A stretch of DNA of 64,000 nucleotides from Eledone cirrhosa (GCA_964016885.1 OZ024755.1:9176001-9240000), one strand, 5' to 3'; positions 1-13,813 are shown, counted from the stretch's first letter. The notes: a model not told the origin generated them from the letters alone. Program-made: numbers and translations.

Positions 1-418
1 ATTTCCATTTCGCTAAATAAAGATCGAACTATTCTTGTTTTTCCAATACTATGTAGTATGTACAAGGATGCTTTATGTTTTGCAAAGTCTCTACACCGCA
101 TATTAATTGTATAATAGTTGAATATAATCTGGAGAAAATACACTCATGATGCGAAAAAGTGGATAGATTCGTCAGCACGTCTTTCCCACATACGGCCGAA
201 ATGTGATTCATTTTCCATAGGCGATTTTGTCGACTTTTTCTGTTTCAAGGAATTATATCTCCGATTTACGTCAACTATTATATAGTGAATATGTATTGTA
301 GTAACATCTCCAAAAAACAAAACATACTCTCTTAAATTTCAATCTCACTTAACACTGTTTAAGCCTTTCGTTGTTTACATATACGTCGTATATTTTGTTT
401 CCATATTTTAGAAGCGTT

Positions 419-590
419 GAAGGGTTGATTAAGGAGCATGTTACTGGATTAGGATAAAGAGGTGTTGAAGAGTTGATTAAGGAGGGTGTGGTTATATTGG
501 AATAAAGAGGAGTGGAAGAGTTGATTTGAGGAGGGTCTGATTCTATCAGGATAAAGAGATGTGAAAGTTTTGATTGAGGAGAGGGCAACT
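419..590. repeat. Diverged ~48-bp tandem repeat (~3.5 units)
   Basis: The motif GAAG(A/G)GTTGATT..GGAG...GGATAAAGAGG recurs at about 419, 468, 516 and 564. Related sequence occurs at ~2230-2330. Confidence 0.7.
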
Positions 591-1149
591 CTACTACAAT
601 GAAACCCTTTTTTCGTACAATACTGTCTAGATTATATCATTTAGTCTGCTGATATACTTATACTTTGTTTCTCTGAACAGAATTTCTTACACACAAATCT
701 TTCCTTCGCAGAGATGCTTGTTCGTTCTTAGCATGATTTACCAGTGATGTAAATATTCTCTTCTTCTAGTGGTAAATTGGCAAAGGCGATAGAGCTTCGG
801 GTTAAATGCCTTAATATTTATTTCTGACACCTGAGTTCAAATTTCAGGAGCAATAAATAAAGTACTAGTCCATGGTGAACTGGAGGAGTTGTTAAAGAGT
901 CGGATACGATACTTTGCAGTATCTTTCCATTTTTGTACGTTATTAGTTGAAATCCCTCCTCCTTCTACAAGGAATTCCGACAGACATATGGAAAGAAAGA
1001 GAGAGATGGAGAAAGAAAGAGAAAGAGAGAAATAGATAGATAGATAGATAGAAGAGTGAAAAAGGAGAGAGTGTGAAAGGAAGGGAGAGAGAAAGGGAGG
1101 GATAGAGAGAGAGAGAAAGAGAGAGAAAGGGAGAAAGAGAGAGGTGATC

Positions 1150-1305
1150 GCAGTACTGGATTAATACTGCATTTATTGAACTCGAAAGGATGAACAGCAA
1201 AGGTAAAGTTGAGCACAACGGGATTTGAACTCAGAGTGCAGAAACCGGGACGAATACTGCAAAACATTCTATACGACGTTCTAACGACTTCACCAATTTA
1301 CCGCC
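1150..1305 (-). mobile_element. tRNA-derived SINE family 1, old copy
   Basis: The reverse complement has a GGCGGTAAATTGG head, a GAGTTCAAATCC B box and a degenerate TTCATCCTTTCG core. Confidence 0.8.
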
Positions 1306-1646
1306 CATACAAGCAATATGGACAATATAATAACTATCAGTTGTACTTACCGGGAACGTTTCGTTTCGTTTCCTTTTGTTTGTATTCGAAAGTTCAATCC
1401 ACTCTGTTTTGTTAGTACCACATGCTCACCTTATTTATGCACATGTTGTATATTATTACAACTATAATACATCAAATATGTGTCAGTTATACTTACTGGG
1501 GTCGTTATGACATCACTTTCCTCATTTTTCTTTTTCCGGTTAATTTTAGCTTTGCTTTTCGTGATATTATAGGATATATTTCAGATTTTATACAAAGCTA
1601 TATTTCCATAGGTCTGTTGTTATGTAACCTGGACCGGATGTATTTG

Positions 1647-1647
1647 T

Positions 1648-1703
<56 letters not shown>

Positions 1704-1713
1704 TTATTATTAT
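1647..1713. repeat. (TAC)n/(TAT)n microsatellite
   Basis: Read directly from the sequence. Confidence 0.95.
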
Positions 1714-1900
1714 GGTGGATTGGCAGTATCGGTAGAGGGTCGGACGCCATGCTTTGACGCATAGAGTCACGGCCCTTTCCAATCTGAGTTCAAATCCCGC
1801 TGAGGTTAACTTTGCCTTTCATCCTTACGGGGTCGATAAAATAAAGTACCAGTAATACACTGGGTATTTGCTGGCCTTGTGCCAAAAGTAGAAACAATTA
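1714..1900 (+). mobile_element. tRNA-derived SINE family 1, young subfamily, near full length
   Basis: Pol III A-box-like TGGCAGTATCGG, B box GAGTTCAAATCC, core AACTTTGCCTTTCATCCTTACGGGGTCGATAAAATAAAGTACCAG and tail GTAGAAACAATT(ATT)n. About ten near-identical copies occur in the window. Confidence 0.92.
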
Positions 1901-2719
1901 TTATTATTATTATTAATATTATTATTGCATTGGCTGAAATGTTAGAGCATCGAGCAAATGTTTACAGTATCTATTCCGGCTCTTTATGTCTTTATTTCAA
2001 AATATAGTTGAATATAATTAGAGCAATGACACCGTAATACAGAAAGATTGGACAGGCCTATCTTCATTTTTCCAACTCAAGGGGCTATATCTATATCTAC
2101 AATATTATTCAACTGTCTTGTACTGTCGTAGCAGCTTTTGCCAAAAGTATAACATTCTTAAACTTCAATTTTGCTACATGCTTCTCAAACGTTTCATTGT
2201 TAATATTAATGTAGTATATTTCATTTCGATATTAAAGGAATGGTAAGGCGGAGTTAGGAAAGTGTGACACGATTAGAATAAAGAGGTGTTGAAGGGTTGG
2301 CTGAGAAGAGTCGGACTATATTAGAATCAAACCCGGTTTCTCACAATATCCTACAGTTGTAGTAGCCTTTGCAAAAAGTAAAGCATACTCTTAAATAAAT
2401 AAATATACAAACACACATGGTGTATTATTATGGTTGATATTCACAAAACGTTACTTTCAGAAGAAGAAAATGGTGGTGTTACTGACTTGTTAACGGATGT
2501 ATTGGCTTGTTAACGGATGTATCGTTCTTACAACAAACTCTTGACGCCATAATTATTGCAAACTACTGATTTAAGTCTTTGTTCTCTCGTTTATTTATTA
2601 TTCTACTCTTGCTACTGGACATCTTTCTGTACAGGAAAAATATACAAACATAAATATAACATGCATAAAATAATGTTTTTTATGTATGTAAATATGAATG
2701 TACATACACTAACACACAC

Positions 2720-2835
<116 letters not shown>

Positions 2836-3032
2836 GTACACAGATGTATTTATGCATATATGTATATAGTGAGCGAAGAAACGTGTATGGATTTATAAGT
2901 ATATATATATATGTGTGTTTGTGTGTGTAGTGAGTGGGTGTGTATATATACAAATGCATGTGTAATAAATAAGTGCATATATAATATAATTTTTTGTGTA
3001 CGTACGAATATCTAAGTACGTATAATATATAT

Positions 3033-3080
<48 letters not shown>

Positions 3081-3486
3081 CATACATACACACATACATG
3101 TGTGTGTATTAGTGAGTTATTTTTTTGTGGGGGGGGGGGGTATGTTTGCATATGTGCGTATATGTGTGACTGGGTTTGTGTGTGTGTATATATGAAATAT
3201 ATTCCCACCTGGTTTCACTAATTCTATATTTTTATATTTGTAATATTTATGTTTTCTCTTTGTGCCTTTATGTTTATGTTTCGATTTAGCACACACACAC
3301 ACGCACACACACCTCCCACACACTCCTCCCACACACACATGCGCATATACACACGTACAGATACACACGCTCATATATATTGACATACACATACACACAC
3401 ACAATAAACTGCTTGTTCTATTCTAAGTCATTTTCCTAAATCTTTCATTTGTCATTCTATGTCTGGTATAATCTCTCTTCTCTTAT

Positions 3487-3556
<70 letters not shown>

Positions 3557-4054
3557 TATGTATATATATATATATATAGATAGAAATCTTTCGCTTGTCT
3601 CTCTTTCTCTCTGTATATATATAAGCACATATGTATATATGTATGTATGGTGGGTGGCCCTGTGTGTGGGTGGCTTTGTGTGTGCATGTGTGTGTGTGTT
3701 GGTCTGTTGAAACACAAGCTAAACATACATACACACACGCAGTAGTATATTTATATTTTTTCTTGCGACTTTGGCGGTGGCTATTCGGTGTGTGATGGTT
3801 TAGTCTATTTAAATGCACTTTCTATGTAAGTTCTTACATCATCCATCATGTTCCTCAACCATCCAGTATCCATTCCGTGAAACTTTAAATTCTGATCGGG
3901 CCGTAGGGGCAGCGTAGTGATGTAGAAAATATATTGGGTATTGAAACCTACCATTGCATATATCTCTTCTCGTCTGATCACAGCAGATCTCTTCCAGAAA
4001 AGAAAAGAGTTAGAGATAAAGAAAAGAAGTACGAAAGGGATATAAAGGAATAAT

Positions 4055-4140
4055 ACCAGATTGGTATTTCATTTATCTAATTCGAAATTATGAAAGGCAA
4101 AGTGGCCCTTGGTGGGATTTTATCTCAGAACGTAGACAGC
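4055..4140 (-). mobile_element. SINE family 1, degenerate copy
   Basis: ATGAAAGGCAAAGTGG...GGGATTTTATCTCAGAACGTA is the reverse complement of the core and B box. Confidence 0.65.
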
Positions 4141-5427
4141 AGTCAATATTTTGTGGCAGTATTTATTGTTTGAGGAGAATACTGTTGTTTCTATGGTGCT
4201 GGTGGCTATGTTTATTGTGATTGTAATGGTTATTATGGTTGTAAGAGAGAAAGCATATGTTGCATTAGTTTACCATATGACTCTTCAGTGTTATTCATTA
4301 TAATAGAAAGAAGCTTTGCTTGTGATTGTGCTGTTCGTAGTGTTTGTAGAAACTAGTAATTCTGCTGATAGGAGTACAGGAGCTAACAGAAAGGCTTGAA
4401 GGACTATAATCTTGAAGCTGCTACAAAATTCATGTAGTCTAAAACAGTATTCATTACACACACATATATCCACACACGTACGCACACACACACCATTTAT
4501 AATAGGAATAAAAAGAGTTTAAAACTAAAGAAAAACTCGGTGTTAGATATTAGAGTACAATATATATATATATATATTGTACCAGTTTTTAATAAATGCT
4601 TGTATAAATGTATATGAATATATATTTATGTTTACCGGACTGCAAGCTATCGCTTTTTAAGAGTATTTACTATTAATTAAATTAACACAGTACAATTTGA
4701 AGACAAAAGGGTGTTGAAGATGGAAATTCGGATTTTATGTTTCCTCAGTTGAGATATCGTTAAAGTTTCTATTTATGTAGATGGATAGTTGTCAACTATA
4801 TCACCTTGGGGTAAATACCCTGTTGTACAGGTGTGTAAACTAGCCTATAACTAGTCCAATATTGCTCTAGCGTGTTAAGCTTCTGCTTGCTGTTGTTGAC
4901 TTTATCTGATATGCTTTTACTCACTCTTCCAGGTTCAGCCTTTGTGATTTGATAAGTCTGGTTGTGAGGTTATAAACACTTTACGCATTATGATCATTGA
5001 TAGTTACATAAGGTATTCGAGTACAGAAATACATACATCCTTATCTACGAGAAAACTCAAGGCTATGATTTCTTGCTTCCTTAATTATGCAGCAGGATAT
5101 TTGCTTGCTGATATGACATATATGTTAATATTTCGGTCTATTAAACCTGATTAGCATACTATGGTGTAATGTGTATGTTTTCTATTGCTAACTAAGTGTA
5201 AACATTCAATTTATTAGACATTTCTGCATACAGTATTCAATAAATCACCTATTAACAAACATAAATTCAGTTATTACATACAATTTGCCTGTCTTATCCA
5301 TATGTTGTTGTGGTGTTCCAGATCTTACGTCTCCGCTAAGGTTTTGCTTGTCCACACTTCGATTCTTTCTCATCTCTATACAAAATTCCTCGTAGAATGC
5401 TATTGGATCTTATTATATGACCATAAG

Positions 5428-5535
5428 TTCAAATCCCGCCGAGGTTAACTTTGCCTTTCATCCTTACGGGGTCGATAAGATAAAGGACCAGTAATACATT
5501 GGTTAATTGCTGGCCTTGTGCCTAAAGTAGAAACA
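5428..5535 (+). mobile_element. SINE family 1, 5'-truncated, with 16-bp TSD
   Basis: Starts within the B box. Flanked by ATTATATGACCATAAG at 5412-5427 and 5536-5551. Confidence 0.92.
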
Positions 5536-5691
5536 ATTATATGACCATAAGAATTTCTATTTAAAATCTCACTGAAAAGTATAAACAAAATAAATTAAAT
5601 ATAAAATAAATCTATTTAAAGTATGTGGGCATGTTGTGTCAAATGTAAACAAACAAACATGAAAATTTGTCATGCAGACCGTTCATTTTAG

Positions 5692-5778
5692 AAAACCATA
5701 CAACAAATGCACACATAAAATAATTAAACGTTTATGGGGGAAATGCATGCGCATACATGTGGTTTTGTTTGCGTGTGA
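5692..5778 (+). pseudogene. Exon-like segment encoding the N-terminal part (C1-C4) of an EGF-like domain
   Basis: TTCATTTTAG acceptor; translates as KPYNKCTHKIIK[R]LWGKCMRIHVVLFAC. The R (CGT) sits at the C2 position, giving a CLHGxC-like motif. The expected phase-2 donor reads ATATGT instead of GTATGT. Confidence 0.5.
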
Positions 5779-5804
5779 ATATGTAAGGGTAAGAGAAGAT
5801 ATAA

Positions 5805-5882
<78 letters not shown>

Positions 5883-6274
5883 GTGTTGGTGTCACGATAA
5901 AAGACAGGCAATAGACACTGTAAAATTGATGATGATAGGAAAGACATCCAACCGTAGAACACATACGAAATTAATAGTGGAAGGGACTCGTTAGTTGTCA
6001 GAGATATGACAACCTACACAGTTCTGGTTCCACGTCAACATTTAAACACGTAACTTACTTTTCCCCACTTTACAATGTAAAGTGAGGAAATGTTATATGT
6101 AGTTTTATGTAGCCCCAGACTCATCTGAGAGGTCAGTAAATATGATTAAGTATTCAGGTAGTCTGCGACGACCCGTCCAACCCTTGCAGAGGAAATGGAG
6201 GGCAAATGTTATTGATGATGATAATGAAGATGATCCTGATACATATATGTATATATATATATGCACATATATAT

Positions 6275-6368
<94 letters not shown>

Positions 6369-6388
6369 TGGTGTATGTCTTTATGTAA

Positions 6389-6438
<50 letters not shown>

Positions 6439-6740
6439 GTGTGTGTTTGTGCTTGTATGTATGAGTGTGTCAGCATATGCAAAATACACACATGAATATG
6501 TGTAGGTCTGTTCATGTAAGTCTCGTCTCATGCATGTATAAATATAGCTGCCATATGGTAACAGGTTTATTTTAATACACTTCTACGTAATATTAAGAAG
6601 CTGTATCGCAACTTGCAGCGTGTGTGTGTTTAGTTAAGAGGCGGTGTTTGAAATGTAAGTTACTCGGTTACATGCTGGAACGTACCAAAACATACACAAA
6701 CTTCCGCTATGGTCCATATACATGTGAATATAATTGTATG

Positions 6741-6795
<55 letters not shown>

Positions 6796-7155
6796 GTTTG
6801 TATGTGTGGGGTGTATGTTTGTTTGTGTAATTACATATATATATATGTGTGTGTGTGTATGAGTGTGTGTGCGTACATGCATACATATACATACATATAT
6901 CAAATAAATATGTTTAACCCTAAGTTTTTATCTTTTGTTTAAATTATACACGTTTGCCATGTCCTCTGTTCACAACCCATCGAATTATTAATTGTCAATG
7001 AGACCAGGAAATTATTTAATATAATATTGAATGTGTGGCAGGATAACTCAGATATTCTGTTGCCTTCTTGCAACAACGACTTCGATTAATTCCAAATTGA
7101 TATATATATATATATATATAAACAATCAGTAACTAAACATTACACACCAATCGAC

Positions 7156-7268
<113 letters not shown>

Positions 7269-7466
7269 ATATATATATATATATATAGTCTCATTTTCTT
7301 GTCATTTTCGTCTAATAAATGTACTCGATATACACCTTTGTATAGAATTTATATATATATATATTTTTTTTTTTTTTTTGCTCATCAAACCGGAATGTGT
7401 TGTCTTTGAGATTTTGAATCTGAAATTTTAATGGCTTAATAAACATTATGACTTTTTTATTTACAG

Positions 7467-7535
7467 TTGCAAGGCTGGTTATGTAGGTGAACGATGTGAA
7501 ATGATTGACCATGACTACTAAATATTATAAGTGAG
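7467..7535 (+). pseudogene. Exon encoding the C-terminal loop (C5-C6) of an EGFR-ligand-type EGF domain
   Basis: Strong acceptor TTTTTTATTTACAG and perfect donor GAG|GTAAGT. The phase-2 frame gives CKAGYVGERCEMIDHDY*, matching CxxGYxGxRC(E/Q)xxD of EGF/TGF-alpha. Confidence 0.7.
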
Positions 7536-7974
7536 GTAAGTAAAACCAAATAATATTCATATTGTTTTTCATATATTACACTCTTTAAAAGATGGTCGTT
7601 TGCCAAACTGAAAGAATATTTCTGTTACAATAATTTTAGTTAGCTCTAGTGACACATACAAAACCGCTGTTTTGATTTCATATCAAAAACCATGCTAAAC
7701 ATTTTCCCTTTTTTTTTAAAGACCGTAGGGTATGATTATAGAGATGTTTGACTGTTATCTATAACAAATGGGAGGGGAACTATCAGAGTTGTTAGAATTG
7801 TCGAATTAAATATTGTATACTTTCCAACCCTCGTCGCTCTGATCAATTTCTGCTGAGCACAAATTTGCTTTTTATCATTTCGAGGACGATAAAAAAAACA
7901 TCCCAGTGCAGTGCTGATGGTACATTCAAGTTCTATGTATTTTCCCTTTTGTCACATATTTTCTCTCTTCTTTA

Positions 7975-8420
7975 GAGGAAATAAGCCAGGATCAGACCTC
8001 GAGAGAGATAGTTTCCACCAATATAAAAATGCCTTAGGTGTCATGTCGATGCTATATGACACAAAAAAGGACTTAAGGGAAAAAGTCTCCCCACACATAC
8101 ACACTCACACGTATCCAGACACACAAAATCTAAATCTCACAAACATACACACAAACACATCCTTCCACACAAATGCCACCCCATACTCTCCAGCCCCTCT
8201 CCCCGGCCAGACCTTTCGCTCACCACGCCCATCACTTCTTTTTTTAACTTCCTTCCCTAAACTTCTCACACTACTCATATGTCTATCTGTTCTCTCCTTA
8301 TCCGACCTTTCCTGAAGAAGCAGTTCTGTCCGAAACGTTGAAATCTCCCTTCCTCCAAGCGTGAACCTAATATAACTGTGTAAAATTGTCTCCTGTGTTT
8401 TGTTTGTTTCATTTATTAAC
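7975..8420 (+). mobile_element. Probable 3' end of a Penelope-like element with a degenerate hammerhead motif
   Basis: CTGAAGA...CGAAACGTT at 8312-8339. Shares TGTTCTC.CCTTATCCGA and AAGCGTGAACCTAATAT with the - strand copy at 56600-56711. Confidence 0.5.
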
Positions 8421-8674
8421 TAAGGGTTTCTGAACCTGGATTTATTCCATATCAATCAACTAGGTAGGGGGCTCCCTATTCTATAGGGGGTGAAATATAT
8501 GAACAGCTTAGGAGTTTTGAAATATATTTATTATTTGTTGCCCTTATTAGTTTTTCCTTTTCGTCGCAATATGTTAAATTATGCTAATTAACTTAATTGA
8601 CTGGTTAAATGCCATCTTTAATTGCAGCAATTGACTAATTATATTTGTCCCAAGGATATATTTATATATATAAT

Positions 8675-8801
<127 letters not shown>

Positions 8802-8970
8802 ATATGTGTATATATATATATATATAGATAGATAGATATATGTAGATTAGAATATATGTTCCATATATTCTAATCTAAAGCATATTACACGTCTTAAGCA
8901 TAATGTGTATGTTTAAGTTACATCTGAAGGAGGGAGACTAAAAGAGAGAAACGAATGATATATCATACAA

Positions 8971-9057
<87 letters not shown>

Positions 9058-9138
9058 TATAGGTATATATGTATCTATATATCATACATATATATTTGCA
9101 TATATATATATATACACACACACATATACATATGTATA

Positions 9139-9204
<66 letters not shown>

Positions 9205-9208
<4 letters not shown>

Positions 9209-9395
9209 GAAGGAATTGGGGTAAGGAACCAGATGGACCATAACGCACCAGAGTACTCAATACTTAGGGTAGTAGAGTGGGTAATAGGAAAAAGTATGAC
9301 CCCGACGGCAGAGCTCAAGCCATTTCGACGGCTATTTCTAGAAATAGCCGTCGAAACGGCTTGAGCTCTGCCGTCGGGGCCATACGTTTTCCTAT
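9205..9395 (-). mobile_element. Fold-back element family A, copy 1, in a (TA)n array
   Basis: About 80 bp of single-copy part plus a palindrome with 56-bp arms (9284-9339/9340-9395, 3 mismatches, no spacer). Homologous to 33046-33240 and 51868-52064. Confidence 0.85.
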
Positions 9396-9800
9396 ATATA
9401 TATATATATATATATTAATTTGTTCGTTGTTAAAGTGCCTCGCATAAGGAACAGCTGTTGAGAACAAAAGCCAATCGTGCAGACAGCATATGTATATACA
9501 TCACCTACCCTTAGCCACTAAAATACTGCAATCGCTCGAATTTCTAGTTTCTTCTCATATCTACTGAAAAAAAAAATACATTTTAGTAGTCGTCGTGTTG
9601 ACAGTTGATGAAATATTTCTTCGCTTGTCTTATATATATATATACATATATATATGCATGTGTCTGTCTGTGTGTGTGTGTGTGTGTGTGTTTACAACAC
9701 CTAAGGTATCCAGGACAAAGATTTCAATGAAGGTTAGCTACATATGTGCGTATATGGCAGTAATATTTTAATCAGAAACAATAGAACTATTATATATATA

Positions 9801-9976
9801 TTGTTTCTACTATTGGCACAAGGCCAGCAATTACCCAGTACATTACTGGTACTTTATTTTATCGACCCCGTAAGGATGAAAGGTAAAGTTAACCTTGGCG
9901 GGATTTGAACTCAGAATGGCAAGGGCCGTAACTCTATGCGTCAAAGCATGGCGTCCGATCCTCTACCGATACTGCC

Positions 9977-9982
<6 letters not shown>
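9801..9982 (-). mobile_element. SINE family 1, young, near full length
   Basis: Reverse complement of the 1714-type element, embedded in (TA)n. Confidence 0.92.
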
Positions 9983-10021
<39 letters not shown>

Positions 10022-10041
10022 TATATATATGTCTGCTTGTG

Positions 10042-10268
<227 letters not shown>

Positions 10269-10390
10269 TTATGCTTAGTGTGTAATCTATCTGTGGTACG
10301 AGAATGATTTATAATTTCTTAGAGACCACACAATGAGTATCAAACTTATGTTTTAGAAATGCAAAGCATCAAATCACGATATATTTCTCC

Positions 10391-10670
10391 TGACAATGTG
10401 TAAAATATATTGCCCTTTAAAATACATCGCTGCGAATTACAATTCTTAGTTTTTCATGACAATGTTTGCCTTTAAAATATATCATTGTGTATTACTATTC
10501 GAAATGTTTCATGGTAATGTGTATTTACACTCTATCGCCCTTTAATATCTATCGTTGTGAATTACTATTCTAAGGTCTTCATGGCAATGTTAAAAACATA
10601 TTTGCCTTTAATATAAATTCTATGCCTCTAATATAAATTGCTATTCTCTGTTTTTACGACAATGTTTACG
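10391..10670. repeat. Diverged tandem repeat, ~55-70-bp units x4-5
   Basis: CATG(A/G)CAATGT...GCCTTTAA..T....ATTACTATTC recurs. Confidence 0.7.
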
Positions 10671-10724
10671 TAGACGTCAATGACTAATCCAAATAGTTAC
10701 TGGGTCATTTTCTGATTTTAACCC

Positions 10725-11020
10725 TAAGTATAATGGTTAAGGTCTTGGGCTTAAAATCATAATGTCATGGATTCAATTCTTGGGCCAAATGGTGCGTTGA
10801 ATTGAGCAAAAAACGCTACATTTCCCGTTGTTCCAGTCAACTCCACTGTCAAGGGGTACCGGCACCTTTGCTGCATGGAGAGGTGTAAACCTGCGATGGA
10901 TAGACCTTATGCCCCGGGGAGGAGGAGGATGTTTTGTACTTACAGTCTGTTAATGCCAACGAAATCGGGATATGCTCCAGCCTACTAGACTACGTACTTC
11001 GGACAAAGTTAAACTTCTTT
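10725..11020 (+). mobile_element. tRNA-derived SINE family 2 (CORE-like), degenerate
   Basis: tRNA-like head TAATGGTTAAGG...GGATTCAATTC followed by TTGAGCAA...TTCCCGTTGTTCCAGTCAACTC. Confidence 0.65.
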
Positions 11021-11179
11021 TAATCCGAGATAGAGGAATTGATAGAGGAATTGGTAGAGTATTGGATCACAGACTGTCATACTAACATGACAATAATCCA
11101 TGATAACACCAGGTATTCCTCGATGGCTATAAATAACTTCCAGTTATACAGTTCAGTAATATTATAGAAGTGAGAGGTG

Positions 11180-11473
11180 TTTGACAACGAGTGATATTGT
11201 GGTTCGAACGACGGAACAGCCTTCTCGTAAAATTCTGTGCATGTGGCTGAGCATTCCACAAACACGTGTACTCTAAACATAATACTCGGTTTGTGGCATA
11301 GTTGGCCCTTTCAATTACAGATGTAACTCTTTTGTGCCATCTGAGTGAATTCTGGAGCAACGTAAAATAAATTGTCTTGCTCAAAGACACAGCGGACTGC
11401 CTAGACTGGGAATTGAATTCATGAACTTACGATCGTGAGCCTAAAGTCGTAACCACTGTGCTACGTTCCTTCA
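11180..11473 (-). mobile_element. SINE family 2 (CORE-like central domain)
   Basis: GTCTTGCTCAAAGACAC (reverse complement of a CORE-like GTGTC.TTGAGCAAGAC) and reverse-complement tRNA head GGAATTGAATTC...GTAACCACTGTGCTAC. Confidence 0.8.
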
Positions 11474-11884
11474 TAAATGAAAACAAAAAAAAACAGGAGG
11501 AATACTGCCTAGCTACCCACTGTTTCGTAAGCATGCAGTTTGGAGTGAATCCTCTACCCTCTCATTGTGAATGTAATGTAATTGTACCTCAAGACAAGTA
11601 ATTCTTCTATGAGAAAAAAAATAGAACCCCTGCAGATATTGCATCTGCAGGATCATTATAAGTCATATATCGCTCTGTGGTAAATGGTTATTTTTATTGA
11701 TAATGTGTTGTCTTAGATACCCACTGTTACCATTAGCTGGGAGCAGAATATATAACAGAGAATACAGTCTGTTACAGGTAGAGACAAAAATATGTGCTGT
11801 ATATATTGAATTTATTACACAACTACATAAAATGGAGACAACGCCTAATTCTCAAAATACATACATACTTACATACAAACATAC

Positions 11885-11951
<67 letters not shown>

Positions 11952-13549
11952 TGTGTGTGTGTTTAGAGGTAACGCTGACTCTGTAAATATATATAAAAAT
12001 ATATACTTTTCGTATATAAATATGTATAGATGTCAAATATACTTACTTCCCTGAAAATTGAAAAAATGATAAACTCCTTTAATCGATTTCTGAAATTAGT
12101 TGTATTCCTCGGAAGAAGGTATTTACCTCATCTAAACAACCACAAGGAAATGTACATTCGATGGCCTTTGAAATAGTTTCTGTCTACACTGGGACAATTG
12201 TCGACAATAGGCCATGGGAAATGATACTTGCATAAGATGCCTCGTAGTGGAATAGAACCCGGGACTTAATGGTTGTGAAATGAACAGTTTAAGCATTCGT
12301 GAAATTATATAAATCTTTTTTAAAAAGTGCTGGAGACGAATCCATCTTGGTAGGATATATTTAGCACTCACTTTATTGACTTCAGTAGAATTTAAGTATT
12401 TTACAGTGAAGATCCAAAGTAGAGTTACTGAAGCATTTAGATCGCTTCCAGTACCTCTGTTATGGCCATCCATCACTATTTTAAACCAATGAAGTCGCTG
12501 ACAACGATCTATCAAATAATGATTCTGTTTCCAAAATGAAAGATTGAATCTTTCTTTCTGACTGACATTAAATTATATTCCTTTATCAGCTGTCTGTTAC
12601 AAATATCAGCTCTAAACTCTAGGAGGAACGTGGCAAAGTTGAGAAACATGTTGTTCATGATGTGGTATGTTATTCTTTTTTTTTTTTTTAATTTCTAATC
12701 AATAGACGTAACTCATTTATTTTACAAACTTCGTATTACATCTTATAGGGCAAATAAACCACAGAAACACCCCATAAAACCAATAATAACAACAACACAT
12801 GTTGTATTGTGGTTTTCTATATATTTTCTTGTCCCCTGTGTCATAATTCTTGTCTATACAAAACACTGCTGTTGAGTGAAAATCAGTTGGCCATATAAAC
12901 AGTTGTGGGGATAGGGGAGAAATGAGGGCGGAGGCATTCTTGGTGGGCTAACACTATAATGACAGTACTTTAACACAAAGAAAATCATCTGTTATCAAAG
13001 CGTGAAATAGAACTGGCGCTTACGAATGACGTCATAATCTGGTTTGTCAGCGAAATATATATATGGTTAAAGCATATGTGTCTTCCATTTACTTAGAAAT
13101 ACACCCTTCTTAATATGTATAGTTTTGGTGTCGTCTAGATTCATTTGTTCGACTACATGTAAAAATGTTTGAGGTATATATATACGTACGTAGGCATATA
13201 CATATACATACACATATATATATACTCACACATATATATATATATTTATACATACACACACATAAATACATACACATAAACGCATATATAAGTGTGTATG
13301 TGTATGTTTGGATGAATATACAATAATATGCATAAAAGAATATAATGTGGAGCGTATGTATAGTTGCAATTACATATAAATATACACAAACATACATACA
13401 CACACATCAGTATATATATATTCTACAATATACTAAATTGAATTAGTCATAAGATCCAACCTACCTTCACATTCTCGAGGAATGTCCGCTCTTGTTCCTC
13501 AGAGAATTTGATTCAATTTCACGCTAGACTTGACCATTTTGTCTGTATC

Positions 13550-13813
13550 AGTCATGCGTAGCATTATTCTATTCCAAACTTTGGTGGTGTCACAAAGATG
13601 AGGAATTTCATAGAAGCTTTCTTTCAGAATCTTATGAAATTAGGTATTACCACATTGTCAGACCCTAGGCATATACTCCTTATTAGTCATGCGTAACTTT
13701 ATTCAATTCCAAATCTTGGTGGTAACACAAAGATGAGGAATTCCAGAGAAGCTTTCAGAATCTTATAAAATTAGGTATTACCACATTGTCAGAAGCTAAG
13801 CATATGCTCCTTT
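13550..13813. repeat. 135-bp tandem duplication (2 diverged units)
   Basis: AGTCATGCGTA...CACAAAGATGAGGAATT...AAATTAGGTATTACCACATTGTCAGA occurs at 13550 and 13685. Confidence 0.9.

Noticed and set aside
11628-11651. Short hairpin CCTGCAGAT-ATTGC-ATCTGCAGG
   Set aside because: A single 9-bp stem is expected by chance in 64 kb.
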